A stretch of 64,000 nucleotides of DNA from Minisyncoccota bacterium (GCA_965222715.1 OZ244961.1:140609-204608); one strand, 5' to 3'. Counted from the first letter of the stretch, positions 48,970-58,411 are shown. The notes: generated from the letters alone by a model not told the origin. Numbers and translations: made by a program.

Positions 48970-49098
48970 TTTCGGTGCCCGGGACGGGAGTCGGTGTCAG
49001 CTCACTAAGCGTTATGCGCTAAGTGGCTCCTACCCGGACTCACTCGCTATCGCTCGTTCCGTCTTTCGACTCCCTTGAACCAAAATTAAAACACTGAC
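48970..49098 (-). repeat. tRNA 3'-flank structured element, copy B (24-nt repeat of the tRNA-Leu(TAA) 3' end)
   Basis: minus-strand reading: CAGTGTTTTAATTTTGGT-TCAAGGGAGTCGAAAGACGGAACGAGCGATAGCGAGTGAGTCCGGGTAGGAGCCACTT-hairpin-TAGTGAGCTGACACCGAC-GTCCCGGGCACCGAAA. Confidence 0.7.
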
Positions 49099-49121
49099 CC
49101 TCGCCAGTGTTTCAATTTCGG

Positions 49122-49202
49122 TGCCCGGGACGGGAGTCGAACCCGTATCCTAGAAGGACCCGATTTTAAGTCGAGCGCGTATACCAATTCCGCCACCCGG
49201 GC
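49122..49202 (-). tRNA. tRNA-Leu (anticodon TAA)
   Basis: cloverleaf by eye, long variable arm; anticodon loop CTTAAAA; followed by CCG. Confidence 0.8.
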
Positions 49203-49240
49203 AATAAGCAAAGCTCTCACGTATTGGAGAATTTTACTAG

Positions 49241-49312
49241 AGGCACGGGCGGGAATCGAACCCGCGCATCGCGGTTTTGCAGACCGCTGTGTTACCACTT
49301 CACCACCGTGCC
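49241..49312 (-). tRNA. tRNA-Cys (anticodon GCA)
   Basis: cloverleaf by eye, U73; anticodon loop CTGCAAA. Confidence 0.85.
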
Positions 49313-49454
49313 AAATTTTAATTAGTCTATCACGATTCCCGCCCGTCTCGGGCGGTCTCGATCCTTACAGGATCAGTACAGGTTGTCGATATTTTACTTC
49401 GTCCCTCATAAAATATCTGACAACCTTTTTCGACGCTACGCAATCTCGCGTCTC

Positions 49455-49508
49455 AACCCGCGCATCGCGGTTTTGCAGACCGCTGTGTTACCACTTCACC
49501 ACCGTGCC
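49455..49508 (-). pseudogene. truncated duplicate of tRNA-Cys (5' two-thirds only, no T-arm 3' strand or acceptor 3')
   Basis: 54 nt identical to 49259-49312, then diverges into long hairpins (49383-49425, GATCCTgtaAGGATC, CCGCCCGagaCGGGCGG). Confidence 0.7.
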
Positions 49509-49519
49509 TTTTTATTTTC

Positions 49520-49849
49520 TTACTCTTCTATTTCTCGAGAAATATCATCAATATGTTGTCGATGTTTTTCTCCAGTATCAATTTCAAACTCAACAAAAGG
49601 AATTCGTTTAGAATGCATCCGTTTTTTTAGATATTCCTTGAATTCACTCCGTTTTCTTCGTGCAAAATGTAGCGCCTGAGTCTCGTGTGTTTCCGGATAG
49701 ACGGTAAAATATACCGTTGCTCGTTTAAAGTCTTTTGAGATACTCACATTCGTTACTGTAATAAGTGATACACGGTTAGACTCTCGACTTAAAAATTCAG
49801 CCGCTACCTCTTGTATGTGTTTTGATACCTGATCACTTCTCTGCGACAT
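49520..49849 (-). CDS. rbfA: ribosome-binding factor A
   Basis: 109 aa immediately downstream of infB; KRATVYFTVYPE resembles the RbfA core. Confidence 0.6.
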   Translation of the reverse strand: MSQRSDQVSKHIQEVAAEFLSRESNRVSLITVTNVSISKDFKRATVYFTVYPETHETQALHFARRKRSEFKEYLKKRMHSKRIPFVEFEIDTGEKHRQHIDDISREIEE

Positions 49850-49855
49850 AGTATC

Positions 49856-51367
49856 TTACTTTTTTACCAGAATAAAGCTCTCAACGATATCTTTTGGGGC
49901 GAGTTCAATACGTGAGTCAATTTGTGTTCCGAACTCGTTTCCTTCTTCGACTGTTTTTGATTCAGCTTTTTGCTGCTGAAGTGTAAGAATAGTGCCGGTA
50001 CCAATACGGTTGCCACGTCGTGAAATGTGCACAGTTGTTCCTACTTTTAATACTCCAGAATCAACCCGACCGCCAACAACTTGTTTGTTTTTTGTTTTAC
50101 TAAACACTTTAAGAATGGTCGCACTACCAGTTACCTCCTCGGTCTCTACTTTCGGTGCCTCAGACTGTACCTTCTCCTCAAGCCATTCAGTAAGTTTATA
50201 AATAATGTCAAAAATATGTGGTTCGATATCATTTCGTTGAGCCAAATCACGTGCAGCTGAATCAATACCTACGTTAAATCCAATGACTAATGAGTGTGGA
50301 CTTCCTTGTGCCGTTTTAATGTCTCCTTCGGATATATCACCAACATTTTTCTGTACTATTTTTATATCAACACGGTCGTGATGTATTTTCCCAATTTCAT
50401 GCTCTATTGCTTCAAGAGAACCGAGTACATCCGCACGAAGAATAATAGGAACTTGGATAGTGTCAGCATCCTCTTCTTCAGATACCGTGTGTGGTGCTTG
50501 CGTAGATACTTCAGGCGCTTGGTGTGCTGCAGCTTCAGCCTCGGCCTCTTTTTTTGTACTGTACACAGTAAAATGATCACCTGCATGTGGAACAGAATCA
50601 AATCCCACAATTCGTATTGGACTTGAGAATGTTGCCTCATTAATAGCCTTACCAGTAAAATCTTCCATTATACGGACTGGTGCAACACTTCCACCAGCTT
50701 GAACAAACATCCCTTTTTTAAGTGAACCATTTTTAATTAAGAGTGTTGCGGAGATACCTTTTTTAGTATCACGGTGTGCTTCAATAACAACTCCTTGAGC
50801 TGCTTCATTAGTATCTCCAGTAAGTTCAGAGATGTCAGCGACCAGCAAGATCATATCAAGTAAGTCATCAACTCCTTCTCCGGTTTTTGCAGAAATTGGT
50901 ACGAATGGTATGTCACCACCCATACCTTCAAGATATATCTCATTCTCAAGAAGATTGGTCTTTGTACGTTCAACATTCGCCTCTGGTCGATCAATTTTGT
51001 TTATTGCCACAACTGTAGGTATGCCGCTTTCCTGTATCGCACGGAATGCTTCAAGTGTCTGTGTTTTTACACCCTCTTCTGCAGATACTACGAGGATTGC
51101 AATATCAGCGACCTTGCTTCCGCGTGAGCGCATTGCTTTAAAAGACTCGTGCCCAGGAGTGTCGAGGAAGGTAATACGCTGTACTCCGTCTTTACCTTGG
51201 TGCTCTACCTCATATGCTGAAATATGTTGAGTAATACCACCAGCTTCCTTTTCTACAACATTTGTTTTTCTGATGTAGTCAAGGAGTGCTGATTTACCAT
51301 GGTCAACATGTCCCATAACCACAACAACTGGTGCTCGTTTTTCTTTCTGTGCGTTCTCTGTTGACAT
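49856..51367 (-). CDS. infB: translation initiation factor IF-2 (short, no N-terminal extension)
   Basis: 503 aa, VVVMGHVDHGKSALLD G-domain, IF-2 C-terminal domains. Confidence 0.9.
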   Translation of the reverse strand: MSTENAQKEKRAPVVVVMGHVDHGKSALLDYIRKTNVVEKEAGGITQHISAYEVEHQGKDGVQRITFLDTPGHESFKAMRSRGSKVADIAILVVSAEEGVKTQTLEAFRAIQESGIPTVVAINKIDRPEANVERTKTNLLENEIYLEGMGGDIPFVPISAKTGEGVDDLLDMILLVADISELTGDTNEAAQGVVIEAHRDTKKGISATLLIKNGSLKKGMFVQAGGSVAPVRIMEDFTGKAINEATFSSPIRIVGFDSVPHAGDHFTVYSTKKEAEAEAAAHQAPEVSTQAPHTVSEEEDADTIQVPIILRADVLGSLEAIEHEIGKIHHDRVDIKIVQKNVGDISEGDIKTAQGSPHSLVIGFNVGIDSAARDLAQRNDIEPHIFDIIYKLTEWLEEKVQSEAPKVETEEVTGSATILKVFSKTKNKQVVGGRVDSGVLKVGTTVHISRRGNRIGTGTILTLQQQKAESKTVEEGNEFGTQIDSRIELAPKDIVESFILVKK

Positions 51368-51406
51368 AGTAGTTTTGTATAAATAGTGTGCGACATGCGT
51401 ACCCTT

Positions 51407-51937
51407 TTACTTTAATGCTTTTCGAGCTTTTTCAATTGCTTCTTTTTCTTCATCAGTGAGTTCGTGTGTTGAAGCAAATGCAGTAACTGGTTTTGAGAAG
51501 AAACTCATACGATCACGTGCGTGAAGTGTTGAAATCACCACACCATCTCCTTTTTCATTAACAAAAGCTGTTGAGAAGCTCTGGTTTCCTCCAGCACCAG
51601 TACCTTTAAAGGGGTTAAATCGAATTGTTTCAACACCTTGGACGCTTCGTGAGAGGCGTTTCTCTACTCGAGTAAGATATTCCTCCACTTCTTTTCGAAA
51701 TGCGTGGAGTTCATCGTGTCCATCTTTGATAGTCATGATGGTGCCCTCAAGGCTTCGTGCATTCTTGCCTGAAAGGAGTCTTCGTACCTTAAGCTCGAGC
51801 CGAATACTCCATAAGAGAAACAGCAGCACTAATACACCAAGAGCGTATACAACATATTCTATTGGAATTGATCCAAGCGCTTCCATAATGGGGTAGAGTA
51901 ACGTTACGTGCAGCATGTACGGCGACAGCTCGTACAT
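51407..51937 (-). CDS. DUF4446-like membrane protein
   Basis: 176 aa, N-terminal TM, coiled region, conserved GTGAGGNQSF-type segment; weak. Confidence 0.4.
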   Translation of the reverse strand: MYELSPYMLHVTLLYPIMEALGSIPIEYVVYALGVLVLLFLLWSIRLELKVRRLLSGKNARSLEGTIMTIKDGHDELHAFRKEVEEYLTRVEKRLSRSVQGVETIRFNPFKGTGAGGNQSFSTAFVNEKGDGVVISTLHARDRMSFFSKPVTAFASTHELTDEEKEAIEKARKALK

Positions 51938-52015
51938 CTAATACAAAAGCCATTATACATCTGAGCGAGGCTTTTGCAAAAGCACTCCAAATAGTAGAGA
52001 ATTGTCGATAATTCA

Positions 52016-53212
52016 ATGAAACATATATTTAAGAAAAAAAGAATATATTTAGACTATGCGGCAGCAACCCCACTTGATCCTCGTGTCTTTAGAAAAATGA
52101 AGCCATATTGGCATACCTACTTTGGAAACCCTGGGGGAATACATGCAGAAGGGGTGTGTGTACGAGAAACTCTTGAGCGATCTAGAGAAGCTGTTGCACG
52201 CAATCTCTCTGTTAAAGCAAAGGACATTATCTTTACTTCTGGTGGTACAGAATCAAACAACCTAGCACTGATGGGGTATATTTCTTCGTTCTCTACAAAA
52301 GAGGATCCTACAAATATTCATGTTCTAACGCTTGCGACAGAACATCCATCAATTCTCGAAACGTGTAAGCATGTAGAAAAAAAAGGAGTATCTGTCACGT
52401 ACCTTGAGGTAAATGAAGAGGGGATTGTTACTCCTCAAATGGTGCGAGAAAAACTTACCCCACAAACACGTCTTGTATCAATAAGTTATGTAAATAGTGA
52501 AATTGGAACAATAGCACCAATTCGTGACATCAGAAAAGTAATACGAGGGTATGAGAAAAAAGAAGGGACTCGCATTGTATTTCATACTGACGCAAGTCAA
52601 GCGCCACTTTATTTTGATTGCAGTCCAGAACATCTCGGTGTTGAGTTACTGACACTCGATGCGCAAAAAATATATGGACCGAAAGGTGTGGGGGTACTTT
52701 ATAAAAACGCGCATGTAGATCTTGAACCAATTATGTATGGGGGGAGTCAGGAGAGTGGGATGCGGCCGGGTACAGAGAATACACCGCTCATTGTTGGTAT
52801 GAGTGAAGCTCTACATTACGCCTGTGAGGATAGGGAAGAAGCGTACGCTCAGATGAAAGAACTACAAGAATATTTTCTTAAGGAAGTTGAGTCACACATT
52901 CCGCGCGCTGTACTTAATGGGAGTCGTACAGAGCGTTCGCCAAATAATATTAATATTTCAATTCCGCACATCGATAGTGAATATCTCGTTGTTGCTCTTG
53001 ATGAACATGGTATAGCAGCAGCAACAAAAAGCGCATGCCTTGGATATAGTAAAAAGGGTTCATATGTTATTACATCCTTAAAAAAGGGTACTGATTCAGA
53101 AGATAATGCACTACGTTTTTCAATGGGAAGAGAAACAACTAAGAGAGATATTGATCGAGTCATCTCGGTGCTTGTTCGTGAGATAACAAAACTTGACAAA
53201 GTAAAATTCTAG
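52016..53212 (+). CDS. cysteine desulfurase (aminotransferase class V, IscS/NifS family)
   Basis: 398 aa, YLDYAAATPLDP N-terminus, PLP-lysine region, catalytic Cys near C-terminus (SACLGY). Confidence 0.85.
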   Translation: MKHIFKKKRIYLDYAAATPLDPRVFRKMKPYWHTYFGNPGGIHAEGVCVRETLERSREAVARNLSVKAKDIIFTSGGTESNNLALMGYISSFSTKEDPTNIHVLTLATEHPSILETCKHVEKKGVSVTYLEVNEEGIVTPQMVREKLTPQTRLVSISYVNSEIGTIAPIRDIRKVIRGYEKKEGTRIVFHTDASQAPLYFDCSPEHLGVELLTLDAQKIYGPKGVGVLYKNAHVDLEPIMYGGSQESGMRPGTENTPLIVGMSEALHYACEDREEAYAQMKELQEYFLKEVESHIPRAVLNGSRTERSPNNINISIPHIDSEYLVVALDEHGIAAATKSACLGYSKKGSYVITSLKKGTDSEDNALRFSMGRETTKRDIDRVISVLVREITKLDKVKF

Positions 53213-53317
53213 TGTTAATTTCTCGTTTAGGTGACGCTTCAATGTGTCTCGTTCTCTGTACGTGAACGTCTGTTTTTTCTTGCGAGTGCGCTACGGTTTC
53301 TGTATCATAGTAGTATT

Positions 53318-54220
53318 ATGGATATTGAGCATCTCACAAAGTCCCAGATAGTGCTCCTCACACTACTTGTGAGCTTTGTGACCTCAATTGCAACCGGTAT
53401 TGTGACTGTTACACTCCTTGACGAGGCGCCCCCAGTGGTGACGCAGACGATTAACCGTGTGGTTGAACACACTGTTGAACGAGTGGTCCCCGGAGAAACT
53501 CAAACAGCAACAGTAGTGACCAAAGAGAAAACCGTTGTAGTGAACGAGGATGACCTCATTACTGAAGCAATTAATAAAAATCTCGATAAGATCGTTCGCA
53601 TCTTTATTGCAGCAGAGGAAGGAATGGTATATCGCGGTGTTGGGGTGATTGTTTCAAAAGATGGAGTCGTTGCTGCTGCAACGGATCGTGCCGTTGTCTC
53701 TGGTGGTTCAACATTCTCAGTTCGACTATCAAATGGTAATGAGGTCGAAGGTACCTTAGTTGAAGATACGAGTGAGCGACCAACAGCACTCTTGCGACTT
53801 TCGTTTACAGAAGAGGGTGGAGTTATACCAGGAAGTGTGAAGTATGCGGATATAAACACGCTCAAACTTGGTCAGAGTGTACTCACACTCTATGGTCGCA
53901 ATAGGACCAGTGTTGCAGCTGGTATTATCGCTGGACTTGATGAAGAGGAATCAGAAGTACCAGTAGAAGAAGCTGTTGAGGGTGAAGAACAACAAGAGCC
54001 TAAGGTTGTCTCAGTTCTTACTGCTGTTGAGACAAACATTAATGCAAGTAATATTGAGCGCGGTGGAGTACTCCTCAATTTGTTTGGAGATGTTGTGGGG
54101 ATAAGTACTCGAGAAAGTCGTCTCCATGGACAATCTCATTTCACACCAATACAAGTTGCACAATCTCAGATAGTTGCTCTTGCTGCAAAAGAAGCTGAAA
54201 CTTCTGAAGAGGGGCAGTAG
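53318..54220 (+). CDS. trypsin-like (HtrA/S1C-like) domain protein lacking catalytic His and Ser: probable inactive protease homolog
   Basis: N-terminal TM from ATG 53318; Trypsin_2-like core but GNSGG box replaced by ERGGV and no His in the expected block. Confidence 0.5.
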   Translation: MDIEHLTKSQIVLLTLLVSFVTSIATGIVTVTLLDEAPPVVTQTINRVVEHTVERVVPGETQTATVVTKEKTVVVNEDDLITEAINKNLDKIVRIFIAAEEGMVYRGVGVIVSKDGVVAAATDRAVVSGGSTFSVRLSNGNEVEGTLVEDTSERPTALLRLSFTEEGGVIPGSVKYADINTLKLGQSVLTLYGRNRTSVAAGIIAGLDEEESEVPVEEAVEGEEQQEPKVVSVLTAVETNINASNIERGGVLLNLFGDVVGISTRESRLHGQSHFTPIQVAQSQIVALAAKEAETSEEGQ

Positions 54221-54252
54221 TAATTAATTATATAGATGCTCTATAGTTAGCT

Positions 54253-56964
54253 ATGACACCATTTAATAATTTCACAACCAAAGCAAAAGAAGCAGTGCGT
54301 AAGGCGCACGAGCTTGCTATTGAACGTGGAGAGAATCATATTAATCCACTTCACTTACTTGCTGCACTTGTCCTTCAAGAGGAGAGCATGGTGCTTTCAA
54401 TTCTTGAGCGAATGGATATTGATACTATTTTATTTACTGACACGCTCCTTGAATCAATTGAAGGCGGTGAAAGTGGTGAGACCATTTCACCATCACACCA
54501 ACTCTATCTAACACCTGAACTTGCACAAGTACTTGAAGGTGCAACAAAGGTTGCTGAGAATTTCAATGATACTCGTGTCTCCACAGAACACCTTTTTATT
54601 TCAATTGTTGATACGCCTGGGCCGGCGGCGCAAGTACTTGCACAATTTCAAATCAATCGAAATGCAGTATTAAATGTATTTAATGAGCTCCGTGATAGCG
54701 ATGATCCCGATGTATTACAACCAAAACAAAATCGTGCTCTTGGTCGCTACACCAGAAGTCTCACAAAACTTGCAGCGGAAAATAAACTTGATCCTGTTAT
54801 TGGGCGCGATAGTGAGATCACTCGCGTGATTCAAATTCTTTCACGTCGTACAAAAAATAACCCAATTCTTATTGGTGAAGCGGGTGTAGGAAAAACTGCT
54901 ATTGCAGAAGGTCTTGCGGCGCGTATGGCAAGTGGTGATATTCCTGATTCTTTAAAAGATAAAGAATTGGTTACCCTTGATTTAGGAATGCTTATTGCAG
55001 GCACAAAGTATCGTGGAGAGTTTGAAGAGCGATTGAAGTCAATTATGAAAGAAGTAGAGCGAGCCGAAGGGAAAGTCATTCTTTTTATTGACGAATTACA
55101 TACGCTTGTAGGTGCTGGTGCGGCAGAAGGGGCAATGGATGCATCAAACATGTTAAAACCTGCCCTTGCGCGGGGTGAGTTGCGTGTGATTGGCGCAACC
55201 ACATTAAAAGAATATCAAAAATATATTGAGCGAGACGCCGCGCTCACTCGTCGGTTCCAACCAGTGCATGTATCTGAGCCATCCATTGAAGATGCTGTCG
55301 CTATTTTACGTGGTTTAAAGGAAAAGTATGAACTTTTTCATGGTGTGCGTATTACTGATGACGCCATTATTGCGGCAGTGACACTAAGCACACGATATAT
55401 TTCTGATCGTTTCTTACCAGATAAAGCGGTTGATCTTATTGATGAAGCAGCGTCTTCGCTCCGCATTTCACTTGAAAATAAACCGCCAGTCCTTGAAGAA
55501 ACACACCGAAAGGTGATGCGTCTTGAAATTGAAAAAGAGGCGCTTCGCAAGGAAGCTGAAGCGGGCGAGAAGAAAGCAAAAGATCGTATAAAGAAAATTG
55601 AAAAAGAGATATCTGATCTTAAAGAGAAGACTTCTGAGCTTGAATTAAAGTGGACAAATGAAAAAGAAGTACTTGGAGAAATTAAAGTACTCAAAAAGAG
55701 TTTAGAAGAGCTGCGCATTGAAGCAGAAGCAGCTGAAGCAACAGCTGATCTTTCTCGTGCTGCTGAGATTCGCTATGGGAAAATTCCTCAACAGGAGAAA
55801 GAGCTTGAATCAAAAATGAAGAAGCTGAAGAAGTTACAGAGCTCACGTCGAATTCTTAAAGAAGAGATTACTGAGAGTGATATTGCAGAAGTGGTCTCGC
55901 GTTGGACGAATATTCCTGTTGCACGAATGCTTGAGGAAGAAGCTGAGAAGTTGGCACGTATGGAAGAGGAACTCAAAGAGCGTATTGTTGGTCAAGATGA
56001 GGCGGTGAAGCTTATTTCTGACGCGGTGAAGCGCTCACGTGCTGGTATTTCTGACCCACATCGCCCAATTGGCTCATTTGTATTCCTTGGGCCAACAGGA
56101 GTTGGTAAGACAGAGTTAACCAAAGCTCTCACTGAGTTTCTCTTTGATGATGAATCAGCTCTCATTAGGGTTGATATGTCTGAGTATATGGAGAAGCACT
56201 CGGTATCTAAAATGATTGGCTCACCTCCAGGGTACGTTGGTCACGAAGAGGGTGGTGCACTCACTGAATTGGTTCGACACCGACCATACTCAGTACTCCT
56301 TTTTGATGAAATTGAAAAAGCACATCCTGAAGTCTTTAATATCTTACTTCAAGTGCTTGATAATGGTCACTTGACTGATGCAAAGGGACGAAAGGTAAAC
56401 TTTAAAAACACGGTGATTATCCTCACATCTAACATTGGCGCTGAGTACATTGACCGTATGACCAAGTTTGGTTTCTCAAACTCTGAAGATTCTGAGGCAA
56501 CACAGTACGAAGAGACAAAAGAGAAAGTACTTCGTGCTCTCCGAGATAACTTCCGACCAGAATTTATTAACCGACTTGATGAAATTGTTATCTTTGACAT
56601 TCTCTCGCCTGAAGCAATTAAAGATATTGTGGGTATTCAAATTGATATTGTGAAAGAGCGACTCTTGCGCAAGGAAATCAAGCTTACTGTATCAAGTGAT
56701 GTGCTCTCATACCTTGCTAAAGAAGGGTATAACCCACAATATGGTGCACGTCCACTGAAGCGGCTTATTCAGTCAAAAATTCTTACACCAATTGCCAATA
56801 TAATGGTCTCGCAAGGAATTATGGAGGGTGGTTCAGTCTCAGTTGATATAAAGAAAGGTGGGGAAGAAGGAGAATTTGATTTTACTGTCAAGAAAAAGCG
56901 AGCACGTACAACTCGGAAAGCGCAACCAACTAGAGTAAAAAGAAAAGCAGTTGCGTCTAAGTAA
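54253..56964 (+). CDS. clpB: ATP-dependent chaperone ClpB
   Basis: 903 aa, Clp-N, two AAA+ modules ([16 protein letters not shown]), long coiled-coil middle domain. Confidence 0.9.
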   Translation: MTPFNNFTTKAKEAVRKAHELAIERGENHINPLHLLAALVLQEESMVLSILERMDIDTILFTDTLLESIEGGESGETISPSHQLYLTPELAQVLEGATKVAENFNDTRVSTEHLFISIVDTPGPAAQVLAQFQINRNAVLNVFNELRDSDDPDVLQPKQNRALGRYTRSLTKLAAENKLDPVIGRDSEITRVIQILSRRTKNNPILIGEAGVGKTAIAEGLAARMASGDIPDSLKDKELVTLDLGMLIAGTKYRGEFEERLKSIMKEVERAEGKVILFIDELHTLVGAGAAEGAMDASNMLKPALARGELRVIGATTLKEYQKYIERDAALTRRFQPVHVSEPSIEDAVAILRGLKEKYELFHGVRITDDAIIAAVTLSTRYISDRFLPDKAVDLIDEAASSLRISLENKPPVLEETHRKVMRLEIEKEALRKEAEAGEKKAKDRIKKIEKEISDLKEKTSELELKWTNEKEVLGEIKVLKKSLEELRIEAEAAEATADLSRAAEIRYGKIPQQEKELESKMKKLKKLQSSRRILKEEITESDIAEVVSRWTNIPVARMLEEEAEKLARMEEELKERIVGQDEAVKLISDAVKRSRAGISDPHRPIGSFVFLGPTGVGKTELTKALTEFLFDDESALIRVDMSEYMEKHSVSKMIGSPPGYVGHEEGGALTELVRHRPYSVLLFDEIEKAHPEVFNILLQVLDNGHLTDAKGRKVNFKNTVIILTSNIGAEYIDRMTKFGFSNSEDSEATQYEETKEKVLRALRDNFRPEFINRLDEIVIFDILSPEAIKDIVGIQIDIVKERLLRKEIKLTVSSDVLSYLAKEGYNPQYGARPLKRLIQSKILTPIANIMVSQGIMEGGSVSVDIKKGGEEGEFDFTVKKKRARTTRKAQPTRVKRKAVASK

Positions 56965-56992
56965 CTTTTAAGTAAGTAGAAGTCTCACAAAA

Positions 56993-57018
56993 AAACACCA
57001 AGAGTACTCTTGGTGTTT
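56993..57018 (+). terminator. conserved palindromic terminator repeat copy (AAACACCAAGAGTACTCTTGGTGTTT; compensatory G>A/C>T in arms)
   Basis: directly after clpB stop, followed by T-run. Confidence 0.6.
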
Positions 57019-57130
57019 TTTATAGCTTATTGGTGGGGGATTTGGCGCCAGTTCTAAACTCACTCTGTTCGTTAAGAACTCGCTGCCCCGTCGTTCAAAT
57101 CACTCTCGGTAGGAAATTTATGATTCCCTA

Positions 57131-57228
57131 GGCGTCAGCTCACTAACCTCAAAATAGTTTTGTTAACAAAACTATTTTGAGGAAGTGGCTCCTGCCCGAG
57201 CTCGCCGTCGTTCGTTCCTCACGACATG
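57131..57228 (-). repeat. tRNA 3'-flank structured element, copy D (degenerate, 3' of tRNA-Tyr)
   Basis: minus-strand GGAACGAACGACGGCGAGCTCGGGCAGGAGCCACTTCCTCAAAATAGTTTTGTTAACAAAACTATTTTGAGGTTAGTGAGCTGACGCC; nearly identical to copy C in the hairpin region. Confidence 0.6.
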
Positions 57229-57285
57229 GCTCCGCTTCACAAAACGCAGAAAACCAGACGCAGGTCTGGTTTTCTTGCAGTTTTG

Positions 57286-57369
57286 TGCGCCGGGAGGGAT
57301 TTGAACCCCCGTAGGACTAAGTCCGTCAGATTTACAGTCTGATGCAATTGACCACTCTGCCACCGACGC
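57286..57369 (-). tRNA. tRNA-Tyr (anticodon GTA)
   Basis: cloverleaf by eye, long variable arm, A73; anticodon loop CTGTAAA. Confidence 0.85.
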
Positions 57370-57394
57370 ATTTCACATTCCGTTATATATTTTA

Positions 57395-57467
57395 GGACGT
57401 TACGGACACGTCCGTCAGATTCTTAACATTATTGGTCTGAAGCAACTAACCACTCTGCCACCGACGC
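57395..57467 (-). pseudogene. decayed partial duplicate of tRNA-Tyr (acceptor 5', D-arm, anticodon arm with 15-nt loop, no T-arm)
   Basis: TGCGTCGGTGGCAGAGTGG identical to the tRNA-Tyr 5' end, then diverged TTCAGAC-15nt-TCTGACGGAC. Confidence 0.6.
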
Positions 57468-57577
57468 AATGTGGCCTATTTTAGCCTGTTTGTCCTGTTT
57501 TCTCAACCCTTCTGTAACAAGATTTATACAACTATACAACTTGTATCATTGTTTTCATCAAGCTACTATTAGGTGTA

Positions 57578-58411
57578 ATGAAATACGTACTTGCACTTGC
57601 TGTTCTATTTGTACTCATTGGGGGTACTTTTTTGCTATTGCCGGATGCGACTTTTGCACAATTCGATAACCCATCCCAAGGTACTGCAGTCCCTGGGGGC
57701 AATACTTCTTCTGGTTTAACGGAGAGAGTGGGGGGTGGAGGACTAGTGCCATGTGGAGGTCCAGGGCAAGACGCGTGTACCACATGTCACGCACTTCAAC
57801 TTGCACAAAATGTTGTTGAGTTCATTGTGCAAGTCTCATTTGTGATTGCTGCACTTCTGTTTGCCTACGCAGGCTTTCTCTTCTTTACTTCCTCTGCAGT
57901 TGACTCCATTTCAACAGCAAAAAATATTTTTACCAATACCGTTGTTGGTATCATCATCATTCTTACTGCTTGGCTCTTAGTAAATGTACTTCTTCATACA
58001 CTTACCGGTAAAGGAGTTAACCCTTTCACTGAATTGTTGTGTGACATAACTGAGCAACCCATACGAAACAATGCAACGAACAATTCAATAAACACTACCG
58101 GGGGCACAGCTAGTGGTGTGAGTACGGAAGGTGTTTCAGAAAATGATTCAGAGATAGATCCACTTCAAGATGCGCGAGATCGTGCAGCAGAAATACAGGC
58201 TGAACGTGATCGACAACTAGAAGAAGAGCGTCAGGCAGCAGTTGAAGCGGGGGGAGACCCTGACGAAGTGCCGTTGGTCAATAAATGGTTTTTTAGAACA
58301 CAGACAGGTCCACAAGGAGAAGAGGTGGGGCCTTTTGATTCGCAACCAGAATGTGTAAGTCGTGCAATTGCTTCAGGGGTAAATCCATTTTGTTACGCAA
58401 AATCAATCTAG
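57578..58411 (+). CDS. TrbC/VirB2-like pilin-type membrane protein (paralog 5) with 130-aa C-terminal Asn/Thr- and acidic-rich extension
   Basis: 277 aa: signal peptide, Cys-rich segment (CGGPGQDACTTCH), two-helix core collinear with 47226-47597. Confidence 0.45.
   Translation: MKYVLALAVLFVLIGGTFLLLPDATFAQFDNPSQGTAVPGGNTSSGLTERVGGGGLVPCGGPGQDACTTCHALQLAQNVVEFIVQVSFVIAALLFAYAGFLFFTSSAVDSISTAKNIFTNTVVGIIIILTAWLLVNVLLHTLTGKGVNPFTELLCDITEQPIRNNATNNSINTTGGTASGVSTEGVSENDSEIDPLQDARDRAAEIQAERDRQLEEERQAAVEAGGDPDEVPLVNKWFFRTQTGPQGEEVGPFDSQPECVSRAIASGVNPFCYAKSI

Noticed and set aside
49383-49679. 98-aa plus-strand ORF spanning the pseudo-tRNA-Cys and rbfA
   Set aside because: Crosses a tRNA-derived repeat and overlaps rbfA antisense; almost certainly non-coding.
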